From Planctomycetota bacterium (lineage in GTDB: Bacteria > Planctomycetota > UBA1135 > UBA2386), in NCBI GenBank assembly GCA_965223545.1, contig OZ245006.1:4928001-4992000 (forward strand): a stretch of DNA of 64,000 bases. The letters run 5' to 3'. The notes under the pieces are model-generated. The model saw nothing but the letters and a program-made list of their open reading frames with translations. It ran no database searches and was not told the origin of the DNA. Of the stretch, positions 48,237-56,701 are shown piece by piece (position 1 is the stretch's first letter; every line of letters starts with the position of its first letter). A program made the translations under genes and the position numbers.

Positions 48237-51059
48237 GTGTCCACGACCCAGCCGGCGCCGGAGCACGAATCGCGCATCGACGCCCTGTTGCTCGCCGTTC
48301 TCGAAGAGTACGAGACGCGCGGTGACGCCGCGGTGGAAGACGCATGCGCGGCGCAGCCGGAGCTGGCGACCGCGCTGCGCGAGCGCATCGGCGTGCTGCA
48401 GGGTGCCGGATTGCTGCCGGCGCCGGGCAGCGGTGGAGCGGCGCGCCCGCCCGAGCGGATCGCCGGCTTTCGGCTGCTGGAGGAGCTCGGCCGCGGCGGG
48501 ATGGGGGTGGTCTACCTCGCCGAAGAAGAGGCGCTGGCGCGCCGCGTAGCGCTCAAGCTGATTCGCCCCGAACACGTCTACTTCGAGGGCGCGCGCGAGC
48601 GCTTCCTGCGCGAAGTGCGCGTCGTCGCGCGGCTCAACCACCCGGGCATCGCCAAGGTCTACTCGGCGGGCCAGCACGATGGGGTGCCCTACTTCGCCAT
48701 GGAGTTCGTCGATGGCGTGTCGCTGGCCCAAGTGGTCGCGTCGCTCGCCGAACGGGCTGGCGGACCGCGCAGTGGTGCCGATCTCCGTCAACTGTTCTGC
48801 GACGACCCACGGACCGCGAACGCCGTGTTCGACGGCAGCTGGCAGCAAGTGTGCGCGCGTCTGGTGCGCCAGGTTGCCGACGCGCTCGAGCACGCGCATC
48901 GCAGCGGCGTACTGCACCGCGACGTCAAGCCGTCCAACATCATGCTCACGCCGGCCGGCCAGACGCTGCTGTTGGACTTCGGGTTGGCCACCGGCGATGG
49001 CGTCGACCGGCTGACGCGCACCGGCTCGCAGATGGGATCGGTGCCGTACATGCCACCGGAGGTCGTCGCCGGAGGCGGTCGGTTGGATTCCGTCGCCCTC
49101 GACATCTACTCGCTCGGCGTCACGTTGTACGAGCTGCTGACGCTGACCCTGCCATTCGAGGCCGACACCCCGCAGGAGCTCATGCGCCGCGTCGCCGTCG
49201 GTCGCGTGCGCCCGCCGCGGGCGCTCGACCGCGCCGTGCCCGGCGATCTCGAGGTGGTGTGTCTGGCGGCGATGGACCCCGACCCCGCGCGGCGCTATCC
49301 GTCGGCGGCGGCCCTGTCGCGCGATCTCACCAACGTGCTCGAACGCCGGCCGATCGAGGCGCGGCCCGCGGGTCCGTTGCTGCGCATCCGCCGTTTCGTG
49401 CAGCGCGACCCGGCCCAGGCCGCCGCTTGGGTGCTGGGCGTGCTGCTGGTGGTCGGTGCGCCGATCGGCTTCGGCATCCAGCAGGCCAACGCCCGCGTGC
49501 GCGTCGAGCGCGCGCTGGCGCTGGCGGAAGACAACTTCACCGCCGCGCTCGAGGCCGTGGAGTACATGCTCGAGCGTGTCGGCGGCGACCGGTTGGCCGG
49601 TGTGCCCTACATGGCGGCGATCCGGCGCGATCTCCTGGAGCGCGCGGTGTCGTTCTACGAGCGCTTCCTCACCACCAGGACCGACGATGCCAAGCTGCTG
49701 TCGCGCAGCGCCACGGCCGCGCGCCGTACCGCGACGCTGCTGAGCCGATTGGGCCGCTGGGAGGAGGGCCTCGAGCTCAGCGAGCGGGCGGTTGCCGCGG
49801 CCCGCCGGCTGCAAGAGGTCGTGGCGGACGAACGCGCCGACGCCGAGCTGGCGGCGGCGCTGGCGACGCGGGGGGCGCTGCTGGCGGGCCGTGGCCAGAT
49901 CGGCGCCGCGCACCGCGCTTGCAGCGAAGCACGCGAAATGCTGGACGGCATCGGCCCCGGCGCCGGCGCGAGCTACCAACAAGCGGCCGGCTTGGTGTGG
50001 CGCACCACGGCGGCGATCGCCACCGTGCAGGGTGACCACGGTGCGGCGGTCGAGGCGGGTCATCGTCAGCTGGACGCGGTGCGCACCCAGTTCGCCGCGA
50101 TCGACGATGCGCGGCGCAGGGTGCCGGTCGCCGAGGCGATGATCGGCTTGGCAGAGAGTCAGGTGTTGGCAGAGCAGTACGAGGATGCCGAGCGGGTGTT
50201 GCGCGAGGCGCGGGCCACGTTGGACTCGGCCGTGGCCGCCGACGAGGAGGACCTGTCGCCGCGGATCGCCTCGGTGATGTGCGATCAGCGATTGGCCGAA
50301 GTGCTGCGCGCGCGCGGCGCCGACTCCGCCGGCGAGCTGCTGGGTGCGACGATCGAGGAGATCGAGCATCTGGTCGGGCTGCTGCCGGGCCACGGCGAGC
50401 TGTTCACCAATCTCTCCGCTGCCGCCATCGAGCTGGCGCAGTGGCACATGGAGGGCGGCCGGGTGGATGCGGCGGAGCCGCTTCTGTTCAAGGCCCGGGA
50501 CGCGCAAGCGGTGCTCTACGGGCGCGAGCCGGAGGCGCCGCGGCACGCCAGCGGTCTCGCTGCCACCTATGCCAGCCTCGGCTACCTGCACTACGAGCAG
50601 CAGCGGTTGCAGGAGAGTCTGGACGCCTATGGCCAAGCCATTGCGTTGACCCGAGAAGTGCTCGCAGTGGCACCCGAGCGTGCCGCGGACCGAGCGCGGC
50701 TGTCGGACTTCATGCTCACCAGCCTCTGGGTGGCGCGGGAGCTCGGCGACCATCGTCGCGTCGCGTCGACCGCTACGGAGTTGGTAGAGAGTGGGCTGGC
50801 GACCGCGGAGCAGCGCCGCGATGCCGCGGACTACCTCGCGTCGGTCGTGCCGCTGGCGGCCGACGACGCATCGATGTCGGCGGCGAAGCGCGCCACCGTG
50901 GCCGCCGCCTATGCCGGGCAGGCGATCGATTGGTTGTTGGCAGCGCTCGGCGAGGGTGCGCAGCTCCCCGAGGTGGCGGCGTTGGAGTCGCTGCAGCACC
51001 TGACCGACCATCCGCGGTGGTCTGCGCTCGAGGCGGCCCTGAAGGGCCAACGCAAGTGA
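48237..51059 (+). CDS. Hanks-type Ser/Thr protein kinase with TM segment and TPR repeats
   Basis: LGRGGMGVVY, VALK, HRDVKPSN, LDFGLA, GSVPYMPPE, DIYSLG; helical TPR-like C-terminus. Confidence 0.93.
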   Translation: MSTTQPAPEHESRIDALLLAVLEEYETRGDAAVEDACAAQPELATALRERIGVLQGAGLLPAPGSGGAARPPERIAGFRLLEELGRGGMGVVYLAEEEALARRVALKLIRPEHVYFEGARERFLREVRVVARLNHPGIAKVYSAGQHDGVPYFAMEFVDGVSLAQVVASLAERAGGPRSGADLRQLFCDDPRTANAVFDGSWQQVCARLVRQVADALEHAHRSGVLHRDVKPSNIMLTPAGQTLLLDFGLATGDGVDRLTRTGSQMGSVPYMPPEVVAGGGRLDSVALDIYSLGVTLYELLTLTLPFEADTPQELMRRVAVGRVRPPRALDRAVPGDLEVVCLAAMDPDPARRYPSAAALSRDLTNVLERRPIEARPAGPLLRIRRFVQRDPAQAAAWVLGVLLVVGAPIGFGIQQANARVRVERALALAEDNFTAALEAVEYMLERVGGDRLAGVPYMAAIRRDLLERAVSFYERFLTTRTDDAKLLSRSATAARRTATLLSRLGRWEEGLELSERAVAAARRLQEVVADERADAELAAALATRGALLAGRGQIGAAHRACSEAREMLDGIGPGAGASYQQAAGLVWRTTAAIATVQGDHGAAVEAGHRQLDAVRTQFAAIDDARRRVPVAEAMIGLAESQVLAEQYEDAERVLREARATLDSAVAADEEDLSPRIASVMCDQRLAEVLRARGADSAGELLGATIEEIEHLVGLLPGHGELFTNLSAAAIELAQWHMEGGRVDAAEPLLFKARDAQAVLYGREPEAPRHASGLAATYASLGYLHYEQQRLQESLDAYGQAIALTREVLAVAPERAADRARLSDFMLTSLWVARELGDHRRVASTATELVESGLATAEQRRDAADYLASVVPLAADDASMSAAKRATVAAAYAGQAIDWLLAALGEGAQLPEVAALESLQHLTDHPRWSALEAALKGQRK

Positions 51060-51084
51060 TGGCGTCGAAGGGCTTGGTGCGTCG

Positions 51085-52887
51085 TCACGGCTGGCGCCGG
51101 CGCAAGTAGTCGGCTGCCAGTTCGGTCAGCCCGGAGTGTGTCCCCGCGGGCACCGTGGCCAAGAACCGTCGGTAGGCCGGCTCCGCGCGCTTCCGATCCC
51201 CGGCCAGCTGGTAGAGCCGGCCGAGGTTGTAGTGGGCCAAGTAGTCGCTCGGGTTCGTCTCGACGACCTGTCGCCACAGTTGCTCGGCGCCGTCCGCATC
51301 GCCTTGCCGGTACAGCACCGCGGCGAGGTTGCTCTTCAGCCGCGTGTCCTGGCCGAAGCGTTGGATGCCCGCCGCCAGCGCGCGCGCGGCGCCGGCCAGG
51401 TCGCCCTGCGCGATCCGCACCTGACCGGTGGCGAGCGGCAGCAGAGCGTGATCCGCTGCCGCGATCCGCGCGGCGCGCAACTGGGTCTCGGCACCCGCGA
51501 CGTCGCCCTTCGCGAGCGCGAGCTGCAGCAGTCCGATCCGCGCCGGCACGAACGCGGGGTACAGAGCCAGAGCCTGCTGGTAGTGGCGTGCGGCCGCGTC
51601 GGCGTCGCCGCCTTCTTGGTAGAGCTCGGCGAGGTTGTTGTGCGCGACCACGCTGTCCGGGTTCGCCCGCAGCGCGCTTTCGAACAGGTCCACGCCACTC
51701 CGCCATTCGGCGGCGCGGTACGCCGTGCGCGCGGCGGCCGCGGCGATGACTGCGAGCACGAGACAAGGCGCTGCGCCGCGCCAGCGCCGCAGCGCGAGTC
51801 CAAGAGCCGCCACCAGCCCGACCGCGACCGGTGCGGTCGCCACGTAGAGGTAGCGTTCGGCGAGCAGCGAGGTCGTGGGCCACAACGCGTTGAGTGGGGT
51901 CGCGGCGATGGCGACCGCGGCCAGCGCGAGCGCGCCGCTGGCCACCGCCGCGCGGCGATGACCGCGCCACAGCGCGAGGATCGACCCGGCGACGAGCGCG
52001 CCGCCGGCAACGCTGCGCAACCCCCACGGAGCGCCGCCGCGCGGCAGCGTCGCCAGCGAGTAGTCGACGGACAGTGCGGCCGGCCAGACCAGGAGACGGG
52101 CCACCTCGAACACGGTTCCCAACGCGGTGCCGGCGCGCGTGCCCCAGTCGGCGGCGACCATCGGATTGACGACCACGTCCGGTGCCGGCGGCAGGTTCAC
52201 GCCGATGGCGAGGGCGCGCACCAGCACCGCGCCGGCGGCCGCCGCGGCCAGGGGCCACAGCCGCCAGGGCCAGCCGGTGGCATCGCCGCGTTGCCAGCGG
52301 TCGACCAACGCGAGCAGCAGCAGGCCGACGGCGGCGAGCTCGTGCGCGAGCAGGGCAGCGAGCAGACAGATGGCTGCCGCCGCGCGGCCGCCGCCGGTGC
52401 GGCGCAGCCAGCAGTGTGCCGCGGCGAGGCTCAGCGTCCCGGCCAGCAGTGGACCGCGGGCCGAGATCCACGCCACCGCTTCGCTGCCGGCTGGATGGAC
52501 GGCGAACAGCGCGGCGGCGCCCAGCGCCGCGGCGGTGCCCAGCCAGCGCCGGGCGATCGCGAACAGGAGCCAGCTGGACAGCACGTGCAGCGCGAGGCTG
52601 GTGGCGTGGAACGCGCGCGGATCGCCGTGGCCGACGGCGTCGTCGAGCGCCAAGCTCAGCATCGTCAGCGGCCGGTAATAGGCATCGCTGGGGTTGGTGG
52701 TGGAGGCCCACATCGGCGAGCCGAACAGCTGGGCGAGGTCCACCGGCCCGCGCACGGCGGGATTGGTCGCCACCAGTAGCCGATCGTCGTAGACGAACTC
52801 CCCCGCGATGCACGGCCAATAGGTGGCGACGGCGAGCGCGGCGAGCGTCGAAAGGCAGGCGGGAGTTCGAATCGCGCGGGGAAGCAT
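51085..52887 (-). CDS. TMTC/DUF1736-like GT-C membrane glycosyltransferase with TPRs
   Basis: EFVYDD, YYRPLT, LFAVHP..SEAVAWISAR, LSVDY, AERYLY; multiple TM segments, then TPRs (AHNNLA, AHYNLG). Confidence 0.78.
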   Translation of the reverse strand: MLPRAIRTPACLSTLAALAVATYWPCIAGEFVYDDRLLVATNPAVRGPVDLAQLFGSPMWASTTNPSDAYYRPLTMLSLALDDAVGHGDPRAFHATSLALHVLSSWLLFAIARRWLGTAAALGAAALFAVHPAGSEAVAWISARGPLLAGTLSLAAAHCWLRRTGGGRAAAAICLLAALLAHELAAVGLLLLALVDRWQRGDATGWPWRLWPLAAAAAGAVLVRALAIGVNLPPAPDVVVNPMVAADWGTRAGTALGTVFEVARLLVWPAALSVDYSLATLPRGGAPWGLRSVAGGALVAGSILALWRGHRRAAVASGALALAAVAIAATPLNALWPTTSLLAERYLYVATAPVAVGLVAALGLALRRWRGAAPCLVLAVIAAAAARTAYRAAEWRSGVDLFESALRANPDSVVAHNNLAELYQEGGDADAAARHYQQALALYPAFVPARIGLLQLALAKGDVAGAETQLRAARIAAADHALLPLATGQVRIAQGDLAGAARALAAGIQRFGQDTRLKSNLAAVLYRQGDADGAEQLWRQVVETNPSDYLAHYNLGRLYQLAGDRKRAEPAYRRFLATVPAGTHSGLTELAADYLRRRQP

Positions 52888-53007
52888 GCGCAAGAGTGGT
52901 GCGCCACGATGCCAGACGCCCGCCGCGATGTCGCGTGCTCGATCTTGTGCCGCCGCCGCGGAGCGTCATGATCGGACCGCGCCGGCCGGTGTCGGCGGCG
53001 AGGTGCG

Positions 53008-54021
53008 ATGGCGGTCACCAAGAAAGAGCTGCTCGGCAGCGAGCTGATGCGCGAGATCCTGCGCATCCGCATCGACACGCTGTGGAGCATGCTGGGGCTG
53101 CTGCGCGACGGCCGCCATCCCCCGGTCGACGCCGAGAAGTCGACCGGTGACCTGGACGACAAGGGCGGCCTGTTCGTCCCCGGCGGGCTCGTGCTGCACG
53201 ACTGGGAAGGCAACCCCGTGCGGCCGGTGGCGCTCGCCGATGGAAAGGCCGCGACCTTTCGGTCCGCGGTGCGCGTGGCCCTGCGCCACGACGGCGCCCA
53301 CCTCTTGTCGGCCGCCGGCGTCGCCCGCGCCAAGCTCGGCAACTCCGCGTTCGCCCGCATGTCGTCCAGCATCCTGCACAACCGCCGCGAGGCGCTGCGC
53401 CGTCGGCGGCGGCTGGGTGAGCATCCGCCGGCCCGGATCGGTTCGCGCGCGATATCCAAGAGTCACTGCCCGCCCTGGGTGCCGGCTCCGTTCGGCTCGC
53501 GCACGTCGCTGAGCTCGGATCTGGCCGTGTGTCTGTGCGAGCCGCGGATGTACTTCCTGCAGTGCCTGGAGTACTACGAGCTGCGCGCGGCCGAGGCCGA
53601 GGCGTTGTGGCAAGGCATCAAAGAGTCGCGCCAACCGGTGCTCGGCGACGACGGTGTCGTGCTGGCGCCACCGCTGGTGGTCACCTGCCACAACACGCGC
53701 TACCGCGAGGCCAACCTGATCGGTCTGACGCGGCTCTGCGGCTTCGGGCGGTTTGGCGAGTTCGCCACCATCTCGGCGGAGCCACTCGGTACGGACCTGC
53801 TGCACGAGCTGGAAGTCGGCCGCGAACGGATCGCCGCGGATGAGATCGTCGCCACCTACGATGGCATCGAGGTTGCCTTGGTGCTGCGCGTGTACCCGCG
53901 CACCAACCCCGGCGCCCGCCTGCTCAAGGGTGTTACGACCAGTTTGATTTCGGCGGAGCGCGACCTCGGCCTCGATGTCGAGGCCATCACCGAAGAAGCC
54001 CGCGAGCGCTACGACGTGTAG
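53008..54021 (+). CDS. Hypothetical protein, possibly a divergent DisA_N/DAC fold
   Basis: Clean 337-aa ORF; KGGLFV...RHDGAHLL...FGSRTS...LVVTC occur in the order of DAC motifs. Confidence 0.5.
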   Translation: MAVTKKELLGSELMREILRIRIDTLWSMLGLLRDGRHPPVDAEKSTGDLDDKGGLFVPGGLVLHDWEGNPVRPVALADGKAATFRSAVRVALRHDGAHLLSAAGVARAKLGNSAFARMSSSILHNRREALRRRRRLGEHPPARIGSRAISKSHCPPWVPAPFGSRTSLSSDLAVCLCEPRMYFLQCLEYYELRAAEAEALWQGIKESRQPVLGDDGVVLAPPLVVTCHNTRYREANLIGLTRLCGFGRFGEFATISAEPLGTDLLHELEVGRERIAADEIVATYDGIEVALVLRVYPRTNPGARLLKGVTTSLISAERDLGLDVEAITEEARERYDV

Positions 54022-54039
54022 AGCTGCGCCGCAAGTCCG

Positions 54040-56601
54040 TCACCAGTCGCCGCGCACGACGACTTCGCCGGTGTGCTGCTCGCGCGGCAGATCGATCGGG
54101 CCGAAACGGCGCCGTTCGCCATCGACCTCGGCGGAGACGAAGAACGCGTCCCAGGGCGCGCGCTTCAGCGTCAGCCAACCGTCGGCGTCGGTGCGCAGAC
54201 TGCCGGGGATGTAGAAGTCTTTGCGGTCGAGCTTCACCTGCAGGTCCGGCAGTGGCGTTTCGTCGGGTGCCAGCAGGCGCACGCGCATCGCGCGCACCGT
54301 GGCGCGCACGTCGACGCTGCGGGACTCGCCGGCGGCGACCGAGAAGCGGTCCGGCAGCTGGAGGTGGAGCCAGCCCGGGCCGGGGTCGGCGGCCAGGGTG
54401 ACCGAGAAGCCGTAGTTGCCGGCCGGTACCGTCGCGCGGAAGGCGCCCTCGCCATCGGTGGCGATGCGCAGCGAGGTCGGTTCGCCGGGTGCGAGGTGCC
54501 GCACGAAGCAGTGGACGTCACGCAGGGGTTCGCCGTTGATCCACACCCGTCCCTCGACGGTGGCCGGTAGGAGCGCGTCGATCGACCACTGCAGGGCGCG
54601 GGGCTCGCCGGGAACCAAGGTCTCGGTGCCCAGCGGCAGGACGACCGAGTCGGCGTGCACCGGGCTGGTCTCGAGCCAGTAGCGCAGCGAGAAGTCGTGC
54701 GCGCCCGCGCCGAGCCCACCCAGCTCGAAGTGCCCGCTCGCGTCGACTTCCGCGGTGCGCGGCTTCGCGTCTTCGTCCTGGCTGGGGGTGATCAGGACGG
54801 CGACCGGCTCGCGGCCACGGCTGGCGAGGTCGCGCAGGGTGGTCACCGCCTCCAGAGGCTCGAGTTGGCCGTCGACGGCGGCGGCGCTCTCCACGGTGAT
54901 GCGCTGCACCGTGGCCGCGATGCCCACCTCCACTGCTTGGACGCGGCCCAGGTGTGTGGTGCCCTGCGCGCGCAGCCACCACGAGCCCGGCGGCGCGCTG
55001 AAGTGCACCCGGCCGTCAGCGGGGGTCATCGCCTGCGCGATGACCAGGTGCGATGGTGTTCGTCGCGGCACGTCCGCGTCGCCGACCGCCGGGAGCGCGC
55101 CGCCGGCGGTGGGCGCGGCGCGGTCGAGGGCGCAGATGAGCTCGACCGCGGAGCCTTCCATCGGGCGGCCGGCTGGGTCCTGGACGACGACCTCGAGCGG
55201 CACCGCGTCGGGGACGGTGACCGAGATCTCGGCATGCGGCTGGGCCGGGTTCACCTCGAACTCGACCGGGCCGGCCAGTGCGAGTCGGCGGTCGGCGGGA
55301 ACCACCAGGACACCGCAAGTCCCGGGGGTCATGCCTTCGATCGTGCATCGACCGTCCGCGTGGCCGCCTCGGCGCGCCTGGCCGACGGTGCGCACCCAAC
55401 CCTCCCGGCCGCGCCGCAGGCCGAACAACGCGTAGTCGGCGACCGGCCGGCCGCGCGCGTCGCGCACCGTGAAGTCGAGGTCGGGCTTGCGGCGCAACAC
55501 GAGCTCGACGTCGCCTGTGCCCCACGCCACCCGTGTCTCCGGGTCGGGCGCGACGCGTTCGAAGAGGCCTCCGCGAACGCTGGTGTGCAGGCGTGCGCCG
55601 GCGACGCCATCGTTGTGGCTGGGACCGGCGCGGTGAATCGCGAACATACCGTCCGCGTCGCTGCGGCCGCGCCCGACGTAGCCGTCGCCGTTGGCGGACA
55701 CGCCGACGTCCGCCAGCGGCCGACCGGACTCGTCGACGACCCGGCCGCGGATCGTGAACCGCGGGTCGGGGCGTTGCACGACGATCCGCAGCGGCAGCGA
55801 CTCCTCGTCGCCGTTGAGCTTGACCGATCGCGGCTCGACCAACGCGCCCGATTCTTCGACGCCGACGTACCACTCACCGGCGTAGGCCGGGGCGGCGAAC
55901 GCGAAGGCGCCGCGCGCGTCGGTGCGGGCGCGGAGCATGTCTTCGGCGACGACGGTGCGCTGCGTGCCGGTGAGGTCGATCATCGCGAACAGGACTCCGG
56001 CGTCGGCGACCACTGCCCCGCTCTCGTCGACGAGGGTGCCGCGCACGCGCACCGCGCGGTGCATCGGCACGTCGCCGACGTCGATCGTGCGACCCGGCGC
56101 CGGCCGGGGCCAATTCCCCTCGCGCGGGGTGCGGCCGGCGGCGGTGATCCGCAGCGCGACGTCGTCGTAGGGGTGGGCCAGCGTGATCGCCAGCTCGAAC
56201 ACCCCGTCGGCCGCGGTCTTGATGGCAGCGGGTGTGTCGAGCGCCGGCCACTCCGGTGGTGCGGCGCGCGCCGGGGCGCGGCGGACCGCGACCGTGCATT
56301 CGGCGAGCGGCGCGCCGTCCTCGCTGCGCACGCACCGGCCGCGCAAGACCACGGCCGCGCCGTCGACCGAGGCGGCATCGTGCGGCTGGTCATCGCGCTC
56401 CTGCGTTGCCGCGGTCCGCACGCGCTGCGCGGAGTCCCCGATCGGCGCCTGAGTGTCCGCCATGGTCGAGGGTGCGTGCGGCGCCGCCCAGTCGGTGCGT
56501 GTGATGATGAAAGGGCGAGCGCCGGTGCTGGTCGCGATCGCGTAGCCGGCGGCCGCGAGAAGGGCGGCCCCGATCAGAAGCGTAGCCCGCATGCCTTGCA
56601 T
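54040..56601 (-). CDS. Carboxypeptidase-regulatory-like (transthyretin-fold) repeat protein, membrane-anchored
   Basis: N-terminal TM; repeated GRVVDESGRPLADV..TDADG.F units. Confidence 0.8.
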   Translation of the reverse strand: MQGMRATLLIGAALLAAAGYAIATSTGARPFIITRTDWAAPHAPSTMADTQAPIGDSAQRVRTAATQERDDQPHDAASVDGAAVVLRGRCVRSEDGAPLAECTVAVRRAPARAAPPEWPALDTPAAIKTAADGVFELAITLAHPYDDVALRITAAGRTPREGNWPRPAPGRTIDVGDVPMHRAVRVRGTLVDESGAVVADAGVLFAMIDLTGTQRTVVAEDMLRARTDARGAFAFAAPAYAGEWYVGVEESGALVEPRSVKLNGDEESLPLRIVVQRPDPRFTIRGRVVDESGRPLADVGVSANGDGYVGRGRSDADGMFAIHRAGPSHNDGVAGARLHTSVRGGLFERVAPDPETRVAWGTGDVELVLRRKPDLDFTVRDARGRPVADYALFGLRRGREGWVRTVGQARRGGHADGRCTIEGMTPGTCGVLVVPADRRLALAGPVEFEVNPAQPHAEISVTVPDAVPLEVVVQDPAGRPMEGSAVELICALDRAAPTAGGALPAVGDADVPRRTPSHLVIAQAMTPADGRVHFSAPPGSWWLRAQGTTHLGRVQAVEVGIAATVQRITVESAAAVDGQLEPLEAVTTLRDLASRGREPVAVLITPSQDEDAKPRTAEVDASGHFELGGLGAGAHDFSLRYWLETSPVHADSVVLPLGTETLVPGEPRALQWSIDALLPATVEGRVWINGEPLRDVHCFVRHLAPGEPTSLRIATDGEGAFRATVPAGNYGFSVTLAADPGPGWLHLQLPDRFSVAAGESRSVDVRATVRAMRVRLLAPDETPLPDLQVKLDRKDFYIPGSLRTDADGWLTLKRAPWDAFFVSAEVDGERRRFGPIDLPREQHTGEVVVRGDW

Positions 56602-56701
56602 GCGGTACAGCGTAGCTGACGCTCGTCGCGAGGACCGGGTCCACCGCCTCGTAGCTCCCGCGGGGCTTGTCGGGCGAGACGGGGGGGAGGACGATTTCGC
56701 C

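Noticed and set aside
46077..51050. 1657-aa minus-strand ORF (similarly 14596..17376, 24337..27744, 1552..3894, 43990..46260)
   Set aside because: These are antisense or off-frame shadows of well-supported genes. They are Arg/Ala/Pro-rich with no motifs, as expected in high-GC DNA with few stop codons.
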